From NCBI RefSeq assembly GCF_009914755.1, contig NC_060927.1: a stretch of 64,000 nt of DNA; one strand, given 5' to 3'. The notes below the pieces were generated by a model, which worked only from the letters and a program-made list of their open reading frames with translations, did not search any database and was not told the origin of the DNA. A program made the position numbers and the translations under genes. The DNA comes from the human T2T-CHM13v2.0 reference genome, Homo sapiens. Below, in pieces: positions 1-30,259 of this stretch; positions within the stretch are counted from its first letter, which is position 1; every line of letters begins with the position of its first letter.

Positions 1-348
1 AAAAAAGGGAAAGGTGGAGGTAAAGAATACCGAGAACTGGGAGGTGCATTAGAATGACTAAGCAGTAGATGATTAAAGCCCAGGATTGTGGTTCAGAGTG
101 AAGAGGATAAAGAAAACTTTATGTTTCCTGATAGTTAGTTCCTAGTCTCTGATAATAAGAGATTTAGAAAGTTGTAAGAATTTTCCCAGTTTATATCCAG
201 TCTATCAAACCTTTGGGCTCTGAGCATAGCTTTTAGAACTTGAGCTTTGAGCTTTTAAGGGAGCTAAAAAGTTTTAGATACCTGGCTATCTATGTGTGTC
301 TCTTTTACAGGGATTTTAATTTTTTGAATTTTAAGGGAAAAATGTTAG

Positions 349-1568
<1,220 letters not shown>

Positions 1569-2246
1569 TTTTTGTATTCTCAGTATTTTGTATTAATTTT
1601 AAACCTCTTGAAATTTGCTAGAAAAAAAAAAACAAGCAAATGATAGATTTCCTAGTGTGTAGTAGTGGAAATGGAGTACATAGCCATAGTACTAGCATTT
1701 TTTTTTCTTACCACAAACATTAAGTGCCTATTCTGTGCCAGGCACTGATATATTAGATCCTCTGCCCTCAAAAAGCTTTGTCTGTTAGGGTAGAGATGGG
1801 TCTGTGATCAGCTAACCATGAAACTGTTCAGTTTCTGAGTGCAGTGGGGACACAGAATTGCCTTGTTTTCTAAGAAACATCTCCATCTAATGTGAACTTC
1901 ACGTGGGCTTGCTTTTGTTTGTGGGCGCCATTCACTGAAAAAGCCAGGCTGTAATCCCAGCACTTTGGGAGGCCAAGGCAGGCGAATCACATGTGCCCTG
2001 GAGTTTGAGACCAGCCTGGGCACCATGGTGAAACCCCATCTCTACAAAAACATAGAAAAATTAGCCAGGTGTGGTGGCACACACCTGTAATCCTAGCTAC
2101 TCAGGAGGCGGAGGTGGGAGGATCCATTGAGCCCAGGAAGTTGAGGCTACAGTAAGCCATGTTTGTGCCACTGCACTCCAGCCAGGGCAACAGAGTGAGA
2201 CTCTATCTCAAAATAAATAAATAAATAAATAAAACGAAGAGATTAG

Positions 2247-2693
<447 letters not shown>

Positions 2694-3159
2694 TAGCCAG
2701 GATGGTCTTGATCTCCTGACCTCATGATCCGCCAGCCTCGGCCTCCCAAAGTGCTGGGATTACAGGCCTGAGCCACCGCACCCGGCCACAACCATCATAT
2801 TTTTTATCTTTTTTTCCCCCCCTTTCTTGGATCCCCAGTCAGCACATTTTTTTTAATTAAAAAAAAAACTTTTGGACTAGGTAATATACATGTGTCATAC
2901 AAAATTCAAAACATATAGAAGAGTATTCAGTGAAAAATAACTCTCACTTCTCAGTTCTGTAGGCACCTGGTTTGTCTCCCACAGGGGCAATCACTTTATA
3001 AGCTTCTGAGATGTTCTGAGAATTTACAAATTTGTGTTTACCTGTAGTTTCCTTTCCCTTCTTGTTCTACATCTTAGCTTTTGCATTTAGCAGTTTATTT
3101 TGGAGATTGCTTCAAATCAGCAATATAAAACTACTTCACTATTTTATTTTATTTTTGAA

Positions 3160-7010
<3,851 letters not shown>

Positions 7011-8011
7011 TTTATTTTATTATTTTATTTTATTTTGAGACAATGTCTGGCTCTGTCACCCAGGCTAGAGTACAGTGATGTGATCCTGGCTCACTGTGTT
7101 CTTGACTTCCCAGGCTCAGGTGATCCTCCCACCCCAGCCTTCCGAGTAGCCAGGACCACAGGCATGCACCACCACAGCTGGCTAATTTTTGTATTTTCTA
7201 TAGAGATGAGGTTTTGCCATGTTACCCAGGCTGGTCTTGAACTCCTGGGTTCAAGCAGTCCAGCAGCCTCAGCCTCCCAAAGTGTTAGGATGACAGGTAT
7301 GAGCTACTTCGCCCAGCCTTGCCTCCATGTTTAAATCTTTACCTGAGTATTTTATTCTAGTTCATTATTTTGGCTGAGCAGTGATCAACATTATGATAAT
7401 TTTCATATCCTTATAGAAATAATAACAATAAAAGATATTATTATTGAATGTCTATCATGTGCTAGGCACTGTTCTAGAAGTTTTTTATAATGTATCGCTA
7501 ATCCTTAAAACAACCTTCTCCATTTCGGGCCAGGCACGTAATCACCCCTGTAATCCCAGCACTTTGGGAGGCCAAGACAGGCGGATCACGAGGTCAGGAG
7601 ATCGAGACCATCCTGGCTAACATGGTGAAACCCCGTCTCTACTAAAAATACAAAAAATTATCCGGGCGTGGTTGGTGGCGGGCACCTGTAGTCCCAGCTA
7701 CTTGGGAGGCTGAGGCAGGAGAATGGCATGAAGCCGGGAGGTGGAGCTAGCAGTGAGCCAAGATGGCGCCACTGCACTCTAGCCTGGGTGACAGAGCGAG
7801 ACTCCTTCTCAAAGAAAAAAAAAAAAAGTCCCCATTTCACAGATGTAAAAATTAAAACTTGGAGAGATGAATTGACTTGCTAAAGACACACAGGGCTGGG
7901 TATGGTGGTTCACACCTGTAATCCCAGCATTTTGGAAGGCCAAGGCTGGTGGATCACCTGAGGTCAGGAGTTCACCAGCCTAGCCAACATGGTGAAACCC
8001 CATCTCTACTA

Positions 8012-8424
<413 letters not shown>

Positions 8425-8973
8425 TGACTTCTGTGGTTTAAGATCAGTTAATCTTGCTAACTAAGTGTTACATCTCATAGACATCATTTTAGCAGTAGAA
8501 GTTACAACTATAAATGAGCAAATGTGTTTTGCTACTTTTCCATGTTCCCTTCTAATCGTGACTGTATATATTACCATGTATATGTTTTGCTGGAATGTGA
8601 TCCTAGCCATTACAGTCTGTGGTTAAAAATTAAGGATTGGCTAGAGGTAAAATTCTAGAAATCTTTGCACAAAATGGGAACCCTGATTCTTTTAGAATGC
8701 ATTTTTCTTTATCTGCTCCTGATATAGGCACTAGACAATGCAGGTGTCTACATTGCTGTGTCATTCCTGTCGGGAACTTTATACATTTGATACAAATAAG
8801 ATCTTGTGTATTTCCCCTCACCTTGTTCCTTGAGGCCCCATTTGTAGAATCTAAAGAAATATCGGTTTGGGGGCTTGATAAGATGTTGCCATTACAAACC
8901 GACATTGGATTTCAGTTCATGCTCCTTGGAATTTATTTTCTGAGACATCAGGAGACATCTTTAGAATCCACAT

Positions 8974-9386
8974 TGTGGAATCCTAATTAGGGAAAAGGAG
9001 TCACAATGGTGGGAGCAAAGAAAGCAAAGACAAAGTATGTAAGTCTGCCTTTTTTCATGGTGCAGGACATGCAGCCCTCCTGCGCCCAACTTAATCACCA
9101 GACACCTGCAAGTTAGCTCACTGCAACTTTGGCATTATCAGTACTGCACAAAGCCCTCTTCGGCATACAGCATACATCATAAATACTACTCTAGAAATCC
9201 CCAGCAAGCCGTTGTTTCCTTGCAGTCAGCTCCTCTATTGCTGGCTGCCCAGTGCTTTCTTGCAACGTACTTTTATACTTTCTCTAAGAAATCTGCCTTT
9301 CTTTACCTACAACTGTCTTAGTAAATTCTCCCTCTAACCCCACCCCAACCGCCACCGGCTCAGATAGTCATCACTCCCCTGTGACA
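8974..9386 (+). mobile_element. ERVL-class solo LTR (LTR47-like)
   Basis: TG...CA termini; 5-bp TSD CACAT 8969-8973 / 9387-9391; family recalled from the AAATCTGCCTTTCTTTACCTACAACTGTC motif. Confidence 0.7.
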
Positions 9387-9882
9387 CACATTAATAATGG
9401 GAAGAGGTTGCAGAGTGTGCAACTCTAGTTAAGAGTTCAGTCAGTGAAGCCATACTGGTTGCCCAGGGTCAGATTCTGGCTCCATTGTTTATTAGCTGAA
9501 TTACCTTGGGTAAGTTACTTTATCTCTCTGCCTTTGTAGACTCACATCAGCAATAAGGATAATAATAGGATTTACCTCATAGAGTCATTGAGAACATTAA
9601 AGGGTTAGAACAATGTTTAGTACATAATATGCACTAATTAAGTGCTTCCTCTAATTATTGCTAATTTGCCCTTAAAAAATATGTACGAAAAAGAAAAAAG
9701 AAAAAAATATATAGGATAACCATCCTTTGCTCTAATCTGTATTTTGTATGGACAAAATAAATACTCTTCGCTGCCTTCATGCACTTTTATCTTTACCCTA
9801 CCCTAGGGAAGTCAGAATTCTTAAACTTATTGGCAGTTGTTACAAAATATTACAAAAGTGAAATTAAAATTCTGTGTTTTTA

Positions 9883-10465
<583 letters not shown>

Positions 10466-11631
10466 TGAACTCCTGAACTCAAGTGATCCACCTGCCTCGG
10501 CCTCCCAAAGTGCTGGGAGTACAGGCGTGAGCCACCTCGCCCGGCCGAGTTCTTATAATGTGATTGGATATGTTTATGAGTAACTGAAGAATTGCTTCTA
10601 GTCACTGTCAGTTCACCAGAAAGTGCTTCTTTTGTAAAAGAAGTTTTCCTGAACTCCTACTTCTGTGGTTTTCTGACACTTGGAAACTACTGGCTTGGGT
10701 AGCATTTATTTTTATGTTTATTTATTTATTTTTAGATGGAGTCTCAACTCTGTCGCCAAGGCTGGAGTGCGGTGGTGCTTCCCGGGTTCAAGCAATTCTC
10801 CTGCCTCAGCCTCCCAAGTAGCTGGGATCACAGGCATGCACCACCATGCCCAGTTAAATTTGTATTTTTAGTAGAGACGGGGTTTCACCATGTTGGGGTT
10901 TCGCTATGTTGACCAGGCTGGTCTCAAACTCCTGATCTCAGGTGATCTGCCCCCATCAGCCTCCCAAAGCACTGGGATTACAGATGTGAGCCACCACTCC
11001 CAGGCCAGTTGCATTTATTTCTATATCCATTTAATCTCTCTAATTAAATTATAAAGTCTTAGCAAGAAAGATATGCCATGTTTATGGAATAACACTTTGG
11101 TTGAAGCATGGGGACAAATAAGTACATAATTGGAAAGTGGGACATAAAGCTAGTTCAGGCAGGGCACGGTGGTTTGCGATTGTAATCCTAGCACTTTGGG
11201 AGACCAAGGCAGGAGGATCACTTGAGGTCAGGAGTTTGAGACCAGCCTGGCCAACATGGTGAAATCCCATCTCTAATAAAAGTACAAAAAAATTAGCTGG
11301 ACATGGTGGCAGGCGCCTGTAGTCCCAGCTACTCAGGAGGCTGGGGCAAGAGAATTGCTTGAATCCGGGAAGTGGAGGTTGCAGTGAGCCGAGATCACAC
11401 TACTATACTCCAGCCTGGACGACAGAGCAAGGCTCCATCTCAAAAGAAAAAAAGAAAAAGCTATTTGAGAGAGAAAACAGAGAGCCTTGCATGTAAAGCA
11501 ATACATTTTTATTTCATTCTTTAGGCAGAGGTATTCCTTAAGGGTTTCTTAGCATGGAAATGGCAAAATCAAAGGTTTACTTTAGAAAAATTAATCTGGC
11601 TGCAGTGTCTGGCAGATTGGAAAAGGGATGA

Positions 11632-11937
<306 letters not shown>

Positions 11938-12081
11938 TAAAGCAATAAAGCATGAGAGCTGCTTTACTACACTCTTCAAGTCTTTCTGTTGCAGTGTGAA
12001 AATAGATCATCCTGTGACCTCTCCTAAATTCTAACTGGGAAAGGCTTTTCTGCCCTACCCTGTCTCACGGCTCTTCTCTGA

Positions 12082-12435
<354 letters not shown>

Positions 12436-12653
12436 TAGGTATTGTTTACCTGCTGGCTTGGTTGCACTGGTGAAGTTACATCAATTCTGTCAGTAGCTGA
12501 TACAAACTTCAGAATACCCTTCACCTCAGCCACAGCTGCCCAGTCCCACAGCTTCTTTCCTCCCAACCCCAGCACCCCTGCACCCTTAGCTCCAAAATTC
12601 CTAAAAGGTTCACTGTTTGTTCTTCTAATTTCTCCCCATGATGTTGTGTTTGA

Positions 12654-12887
<234 letters not shown>

Positions 12888-13059
12888 TAGTTTTTCTTTT
12901 CTAAACCTGTTAGTGTTTTGAATGTTCATGGGGAATTCCACAGCTCTTGGTGGGGAAGTTGAGTCAAAAAAGTTTCTCTCGAGACAAATGGTATTTGGAG
13001 AGGTTAGGGAGAATGGGGCAGATTCCTTGTTTTTTCTTGGATCCTTGGCTTGAGATTTA

Positions 13060-13507
<448 letters not shown>

Positions 13508-13868
13508 TGAAGTCATCAGATCCTTTCTTCTTTATACTCTTCCTTTGGTAAACTTAGGGAAAGGGCAGATCAATACATGGTGTATGTGGGGAGGAATTTT
13601 CTAACTTCAGCAGAATAGTTTATCATTGGAATTCCAAAGACAAAATAGTACATACAGAATCCCATTATGTTAACAAATCAATTGTTGCAAAAACTTTCTA
13701 GTTATATTTGTTGATTGCTATATGATATGCAAATATTTTAATCAGATCTTGGCCTTCAAATATGAGTTAAAGGGGAAAGTAAATAGCAAGGACAGCTAGC
13801 TCCAGAGGCAACCTCCAGGTTTTATTGGCTTGCACTAAAGGTAGTTGGAAATGTTTGTTCTCTCTCAG

Positions 13869-13984
13869 ATTGTCCTATATTCCTAACTGACCTGGAGCCT
13901 GGAGAGAAGTTGGAGTCCATGTCTGCTAAAGAGCGTTCATTCATGTGTTCTCTCATATTTCTTACTCTCAACTGGTTCCGAGAG
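13869..13984 (+). CDS. FANCD2: FANCD2 exon 25
   Basis: tctcag|ATT...GAG|gtgagc; 116 nt; [38 protein letters not shown]. Confidence 0.95.
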
Positions 13985-14690
13985 GTGAGCAGAGTTAATA
14001 GGATGTTTCACTTATTGTGCATAGTTTTTCTCAAAACTATTTTCTTAGTTCCCACAAGACTCCCTAGAAGTCTTCACCAAGCACTAACCCCCGTGTGCTT
14101 CTCTAGCTGTTATGTCCCACCACTCCCCAGTTATATGAACCTCCTTAGGTAGCCAAATGAGAATACTTAGAATTCACTTCACATTGCCCATGCTTTATTT
14201 TCTCCAAGCTGCCTTCTCCCTAGAATGACCTTCTCACCTTCACTGTGGAACTACTGTTCGTCCTGGCACAGGCATATGCCTACTGTTTTGATTCAGTGAG
14301 TGGTGGTAGTTTCCCTCCCATTAGAATGTATTTGTGTTTGGTGATAATGACAATGATGGCAACATCTTATATCTCTACCTCACTGTCTTCCTCTCTGATA
14401 TTATTTCAGGAATGTTTGTGCACTTGAATGAGCTTATTTGATTACCACATCTCTATTATGATACGGGCAGGATAGCTATTGTCCTCATTTTACACATACG
14501 AATTTCAATAGGGAGTTCAAAGTCATTAAAAATTTTTAAGTACTTACACTGTACCAAGTGCTGGACTCATTTCTTTATGAAGAAATACTTAGAAAGGTTA
14601 AAGACTCAGCCAAGGTCACACAGTAAGTAGCAGTATAGAACTTGTTTCACCAAATTGTGTGCTGTCTGGCTATTCCACCTTGTAACATAA

Positions 14691-15150
<460 letters not shown>

Positions 15151-15168
15151 TAATATAAACAAGGTTAA

Positions 15169-15345
<177 letters not shown>

Positions 15346-15389
15346 TAGTACTACTAGGCCAGTAGTGAGGCAATAAAGCACTTAGCTTT

Positions 15390-20803
<5,414 letters not shown>

Positions 20804-21024
20804 TAGATTTTAAATGTTTGTTTTAGTTTTTTTCTGTTTGTTAGTTATATATCATTATTTAAAGTGGTTTTATGATAATTGATCATACTTAATATGATAT
20901 TTCTGTGTTATCTCTGGCCATTTTGCTATGCCAAAACAATGTCAGATGACTTGAATATGTCTTATAAGCATTCAGCCATGCTTGGTAATTTTGGAAACTA
21001 GTTTTTAGCCAATGGAGTGACTGA

Positions 21025-21237
<213 letters not shown>

Positions 21238-21412
21238 TAAGCTTCATTGAATTAACCTAAAAGTTATGTGTATCATGGCATCAGTAATTGGAACAATTGT
21301 ATAACTGAACTCTTCCTTTATTAGATTTATAAATATACTGTAATTTAGGGTTATAAAATTACCTCTTCTACCTCTAGGCAGTTTCCAACAGGTTGTTTTC
21401 TGAGGGCAATGA

Positions 21413-21589
<177 letters not shown>

Positions 21590-22104
21590 TGATGGGTATC
21601 CGTGAAGGTTTGTGACATCCCAGTGAGATTAACAGAAACCCAGCTTTATTCTCGGCATTTTACAAAGAAAAAAAAATTAGGAAACAGCGAGCCAAAACTC
21701 TCTTAGGCGTTGGAGTAATCTCCTTAGTAGCAAAGTTCAGATTAGACTTCAGGTCCTTATTCCTGCCACACACTGTTGACTGTTTTTTCTAATTATTTTC
21801 TTGACTGTTTTACTCCCTTTTTTGTACCCCAGCAGTACATTGAATTCTCTCTTGAGGTACTTGATTATCAGTAGTTCCCTTTTACTTTACATTTGTACTG
21901 TTCGTAGAATGAGTTTCATGTGTTTGAAATTGCCTGGGCCACATGGATCCCAATTATTTCTGTTGATCAGCCACCATTTATTGTATATTTATTAGGTATA
22001 GTTTCTGTAAGAGCCCAAGTTTCATATTAATACCACATTTAATAAAGGAGGAAACTAAGATCCAGGGAGGGCAAGTGACTTGCCCAAAGTCACACAGTTA
22101 ATAA

Positions 22105-22398
<294 letters not shown>

Positions 22399-22747
22399 TG
22401 ATCCACCCACGTCAGCCTCCCAAAGTCCTGGGATTACAGGCATGAACCACCACACCTGGCCAGCTCACAGTTTTCTGTACTAGACCTAAATGCCTTGATT
22501 TGCCTAATAGATCATCCCTAAATAGATGACCTGTTAAGGGTCTTGATGTGTGACTTGTATCCCCATCTTAAATTAGGTGCTCTGTCTTGGGAATATTTAG
22601 GGACTTGGGCTAGAGGAAGTTGTTATTATAATGAAAATGTAATTTTTTGCATTAAATAAATGCATATTTGTACTTTGAAGTTTTTATTAAAATTCGATTA
22701 ATATAGAAGATTTATATATTCTCTTTGTTGCTGTGACTTCCCCATAG

Positions 22748-22891
22748 GAGTTCACAGGGAAGGAAGAAAAGACATCATTGTTACTACATAATTCCCATGC
22801 TTTTTTCCGAGAGCTGGACATTGAGGTCTTCTCTATTCTACATTGTGGACTTGTGACGAAGTTCATCTTAGATACTGAAATGCACACTGAA
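22748..22891 (+). CDS. FANCD2: FANCD2 exon 29
   Basis: ccatag|GAG...GAA|gtaagt; 144 nt; [48 protein letters not shown]. Confidence 0.95.
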
Positions 22892-23941
22892 GTAAGTGAC
22901 AGGCTAGGATCTCAGAATTTAATCTTCTTTCAGAAAGTTCCTCAGGTCTATTCTTATTTCACAAAGAACACTGTGACACTGAGGAGAGAAGTTAGACTGA
23001 CTTTTAAAGCCTTTATATGTGAAAGCAATGATGAATAATCATCCTCATACTGGTGTTTGTAAGTCATAAGGTTTGTAATAATGTGTCAGACATTATAAAA
23101 TATCATGCCAATGATGTAATCCTTACATTTAGGTTACTACTACTACTACTACTAATAAGCTACCTAGATTATTTTTGTAGAGGAGCACTCTTCTGGTTCT
23201 TAGAAGTCAATGCCCTTTTCACTTTTTCACAACATTTGTTCAGCACCTGACAGTTGCTTACTGAGTCCTATTTTGTGTTTGCCACTAATCAAAGCACTTG
23301 CATTTCAGTAGTACATAGAGCATCATGCTTGCTTTCAAATAACTTCTAATCTAATCAAAGAAGTGGAAATAGCTAGCAATACGGTAGCTTTATTATTATT
23401 ATTTTCTTTTTTTTTTTTGAGATGGAGTCTCTCTCTGTCGCCCAGGCTGGAGTGCAGTGGCGCGGATCTCCACTCACTGCAAGCTCTGCCTCCCGGGTTC
23501 ACGCCATTCTGCTGCCTCAGCCTCCTGAGTAGCTGGGGCTATAGGCATCCGCCATCACACCCGGCTAATTTTTTGTACATTTTTTATAGAGACAGGGTTT
23601 CACCATGTTAGCCAGGATGGTCTCGATCTCCTGACCTCGTGATCACCCGCCTTGGCCTCCCAAAGTGCTGGGATTACAGGCGCAAGCCCCCGTGCCCGGC
23701 CCCATAGCTTTATTGATGCCAAATACGGCATTAATGGTCTGAACCAAGGACTAGTGAAACTCTAGTGAGAGAATGATGTTTATATAGAAGTTGGGAGTAG
23801 AGGACATTTTCACAGATAAAGTAACTTTTGAGATGGGATTTCATCAGAGAGTAGAATTTCTCTAGGTTTAAGAGAAATTGAAATAGCATTAATTTTCACC
23901 TGAAATTTACACGAATGTAGGTACCTTCAGAACAGAAATAG

Positions 23942-24178
<237 letters not shown>

Positions 24179-25557
24179 TGACCTCGTGATCCGCCCGCCT
24201 TGGCCTCCCAAAGTGTTGGGATTACAGGTGTGAGCCACTGCGCCCAGCCATATCTTTTTTTTTTTTTTTTAATCTTTCTACATCATCTTGCCCTTAGGAG
24301 ATGCCACATAAATGTGTATTGAGTGAGCAGTTTGCAGTGAGACTGTATTTCACCCATTCTGCTTCTGGCAGTGTAATATAGCTATTCCACTGGGATCACT
24401 CTGGGGTCCTGCCCAGAGTTAATAGTAGCAAAACATTAGAGGAAAACAAGTATGAAAGGATTATTTAATGAACAGACAAAAGGGAAATTCCCTTGAATTA
24501 GTCTTTTTTTTTTTTCCCAAACCCTGTGTGTGGCATTCAAAGTCATTTTTTAAATCACAGGATATTTAGGAAACGCATCTTGGATCCACAACTAGAAAGG
24601 TATACAGAGGAATTTATAGAGAAAAAGTATGTCTTCTAAACTATCCTGTCTTGAATTATTATTTTACTATTCTGAATATTTATTTTGGACATGCTTGACT
24701 TTATTATATGACAGAGCATAATAGCTATCCTTTATATGAGATGGGTGCAGTTTCCTCCCTTGCCTCTTTTTTCTTTTTAGAGACAGAGTCTTGCTCTGTC
24801 ACCCAGGCTGAAGTGCAGTGGCAAGATCATAGCTCACTGCAACCTTGAACTCCTGGGTTCAAGGATCAAGTGATCCTCCCACCTCAGCCTTCCAAGTATC
24901 TAGGGCCACTGGCATGCCCCACTACACCCGGCTAGTTTTTTTATTTGTTTGTTTGTTTGTTGGAGACGGAGTCTTGCTCTGTCCGTCAGTCTGGAGTGCA
25001 GTGGCACGATCTTGGCTTACTGCAGCCTCTGCCTCCTGAGCTCAAGTGATTCTTCTGCCTCCTGAGCTCAAGCGATTCTTCTGCCTCAGCCTCCCAAGCA
25101 GCTGGGATTACAGGTGCCCACCACCACATCAGCTAATTTTTGTATTTTTAGTAGAGATGGGATTTCACCACATTGGCCAGGCTGGTCTCAGACTCCTGAC
25201 CTCAAATGATCTGCCTGCCTTGACCTCCCAAAGTACTGGGAGTTTGAGACCAGCCTGGGTAACACAGTGAGACCTGTCTCTACAAAAAGTTAAAAAAAAA
25301 AAGTAGCCAGGCATGGTGACGCACACCTGTGATCCCAGCTACCTGGGCGGCTGAGGTGGGACCATCACTTGAGTCCAGGAGGTTGAGGCTGCAGTGAGCT
25401 GTGAACACAATATTGCACTCCAGCCTGAGCAACAGAGCGAGACCCTGTCTCAAATATAAGTAAATAAATAAATAAAAGTCAAATTATTTACCCTGCTGGG
25501 CGCAGTGGCTCACGCCTCTAATCACAGCACTTTGGGAGGCTGAGACAGGCGTTATCA

Positions 25558-25808
<251 letters not shown>

Positions 25809-26299
25809 TTAACATGAAATAGCCAGGTGTGGTGGCTCATGCCTGTCCATAATCCCAATACCTTGGGAGGCCAAGGCAGGAGGATTGCTCAAGCCCAGGA
25901 GTTTGAAACCAGCCTGGGCAACAAAGTGAGACCCCGTCTGTATAAAAAAATTTAAAAATTCGCTGGGCCCAGGTGTGGTGGTTCATACCTGTAATCCTGG
26001 CATATTGGGAGGCCAAGGCAGAAGGATCATCTGAGCCCAGGAGTTTGAGACCAGCTTGGGCAATATAGTGAGACCTCATTTCTTATTAATTAAAAAAAAA
26101 AATGTAGCTGGGCATGGTTGTGTGTGCCTATAGTCCCCGCTACTCGGGAGGCTGAGATGGGAGGATAACTTGGGCCCAGGAGTTCAAGGCTGGAATAGCT
26201 ATGATCTTGCCACTGCACATTTAACAAAAAAGAAAGAAAAAAAATTATCATGAAATGACTAGGACATTCCTGGAACTAATCCTTTCCTCCATGTGACAG

Positions 26300-26416
26300 G
26301 CTACAGAAGTTGTGCAACTTGGGCCCCCTGAGCTGCTTTTCTTGCTGGAAGATCTCTCCCAGAAGCTGGAGAGTATGCTGACACCTCCTATTGCCAGGAG
26401 AGTCCCCTTTCTCAAG
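26300..26416 (+). CDS. FANCD2: FANCD2 exon 30
   Basis: tgacag|GCT...AAG|gttagt; 117 nt; [39 protein letters not shown]. Confidence 0.95.
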
Positions 26417-26528
26417 GTTAGTGTAGGCAGAAGCATAGGACTTGGGCATAGTGGATTTGGGAACAAAGGAGGTATTATGATGAAAAAGTTGTCACTTTCT
26501 TTGGCATTGTGTTTGGGTCACTGGGTAG

Positions 26529-26778
<250 letters not shown>

Positions 26779-26875
26779 TAGCCAGGATGGTCTCAATCTC
26801 CTGACCTTGTGATCCGCCCACCTTGGCCTCCCAAAGTGCTGGGATTACGGGCATGAGCCACCGCGCCCGGCCTCA

Positions 26876-27058
<183 letters not shown>

Positions 27059-28086
27059 CTATAGTTCCAGCTACTTGGGAGGCTGAGGCATGGGGAGGAG
27101 GAGGTTGCAGTGAGCTGAGATTGCACCAGTGCACTCCAGTCTGGGTGACAGATTTCGTCTCAAACAAAAAAAAAAGTCTACCTGTGCAGTGGTTCACACC
27201 TGTAATTCCAGCACGTTGGAAGGCCGAGGCAGGTGGATCACCTGAGGTCAGGAGTTTGAGACCAGCCTGGCCAACGTGGCAAGAGCCTGTCTCTACTAAA
27301 AATACAAAAAAAATTAGCCAGGTATGGTGGCGCATGCTTGTAGTCCCAGGTACTTGGGAGGCTGAGGCAGAAGACTTGATTGAACCCAGGAGGCAGACGC
27401 TGCAGTGAACCAAGATCATGCTACTGCACTCCAGCCTGGGCATTAGAACAAGACTCTGTCTCAGAAATAAAAAAAAAAAAATAGGAAGTCTGAAACAGAA
27501 AATAGAAAGGCACTTGGAATAAGAAATGTATTTCTTTTTTTGAGACGGAGTCTCGCTGTGTCTCCCAGGCTGGAGTGCAGTGGTGCAATCTCGGCTCACT
27601 GCAGCCTCTGCCTCCTGGGTTCAAGCGATTCTCCTGCTGCAGCCTCCTGAGTAGCTGGGGACTACAGGCGCGCGCCACCACACCCAGCTAATTTTTGTAT
27701 TTTTAGTAGAGATGGGGTTTTAACATGTTCATCAGGCTGATCTCGAACTCCTGACCTCATGATCCGCCCACCTCGGCCTCCCAATCCGCCCACCTCGGCC
27801 TCCCAAAGTGCTGGGATTATAGGCGTGAGCACTGCGCCCAGCCTACGAAATGTATTTCTAAATGCCCTGAACATTCCTGAATCCTGTTCTTTACTTGAAT
27901 TTTGGTTTCAACAGCCTCCCAAACCAAGCCTGGGCCCATGCCTCAGTGTAGTAGTAAGCTGTCTAGAACGTCCAGAACTTCAGATGTGTATACAGTGTAC
28001 AAACGTGCACCTAGCATCCGGGGAAGCAGTTGGACGGTACATATAACAAAATGAGAAAATCTTGGGTCTTGGGTATAAGCATTTAA

Positions 28087-28368
<282 letters not shown>

Positions 28369-29318
28369 TGATCCACCCGCCTTGGCCTCCCAAAGTGCTA
28401 GGATTACAGGCAAGAGCTACAGTGCCCAGCAATTCATTCTTCTTTGTATTCACTATCGGGTCTACTTTTTGAGACAGGGCTTTGCTCTGTTGCCCAGGCT
28501 GGAGTGTAGTGGCACAATCTTGGCTCACTGCAACCTCCACCTCCGGGATTCAAGTAATCCTCCTATCTCAGCCTCCTGAGTAGCTAGGACCACAGGCATG
28601 TGCCACCGCACTCAGCTAATTTTTGTATTTTTTGTAAAGAAGAGTTTCAGCATGTTGCCCAGGCTTCTACATTTTTTTGTTTGTTTGTTTTTCAATTATA
28701 ATAGGGAGGCAGGGCACAGTGGCTCACGCCTTTAACCCCAACACTTTGGGAGTCCAAGATGGGTGGATTGCTTGAGCTCAGGAGTTTGAGACCAGCCTGG
28801 TTAATGTGGTTAAACCCCATCTCTATAAAAAATACAAAAACTAGCCATGTTTGTTGGCATGTGCCTGTGGTCTCAGATACTCAGGAGGCTGAGGTGAGAG
28901 GATCACTTGAGCCCAGGAATTCAAGGCTGCAGTGAGCTGTGATCGTGCCACTGCACTCCAGCCTGGGTGACAGAGCAGAACCTTGCCTCAAAAAAAAAAT
29001 TATAAGAAGGAGTCTATTGCCCTACATTTGTCAACCTAAATGATTTCTACTTTTATGTGACCTTTATCTGATTAGTTATGATAGGGCTATATGTCTCAAT
29101 CAAACACTGTTCCTACTCTACAAAAGCCAATCTCTCAGTCATTGGAAGATGGAGCAAGATTTTTATCCCTCTGTCAGAATACAGTCTTAGGTTAACAACT
29201 CATTTCTCCCATCTGCTCCTACCTGGTGACACAGGTTTGACTTGACTCCATTGCGAACCCTTAGTTTCTGAGACGCTATCCAGCAGTTTCTTCACTCATA
29301 ACTCTGCATTTATTATAG

Positions 29319-29483
<165 letters not shown>

Positions 29484-29564
29484 TGAGGTTTCATTTTTGG
29501 CTGAGAAAAAGGAAAATGAGGACAATTACTGAAGCAACTGTCCTAAAATCATTTTTATTTTTAG

Positions 29565-29684
<120 letters not shown>

Positions 29685-30259
29685 TAAGTATGTGGGAAGT
29701 GTGGAGAGAACTGAGTATATACTTGCTTTTATTTGACAGTCACCAAGGCACTGAAATGTAGAAAAGAAAGAAAAGGTTCAAAAATCTTATGTGAATATGG
29801 TTCATTAATTTTGTGGGAGTGTTTTTGTCTGTATTATTTCATTTGATCTTGTACCCTCTGAGTCCTTTGGAGCCACTATGTTAACCCATTTGACAGATTA
29901 GGTGACTTGCTGATGAGCTGATAACAGATGTGGCCATCTGTTCCTTAGTCCAGTTTCCTTTAGCATGCTTTAATTCCAGATTGTTTGGTGATGAGCTGAA
30001 CACTGTGAGCTGGGCTATTCCATGATACCTTCATGGAAACAGTGGGACTCAAGGGAACCCCAGAAGGGTACATGGCCTTTAGAGAGATAACGGAAGGAAG
30101 TGGAAGGTACAACATGGACAAAAGTAGAACTAAGGGAGGTGTGCCCCTTAAATACTTTTGTTCCTCAGGGACAGGCGTTGGGCTCTCTGTTCTCATTATA
30201 CAAGATTTCTGGTCAATCCTACCCAAGCTTAAATTTAGCCAAAATTTATTTTCTGAGCT

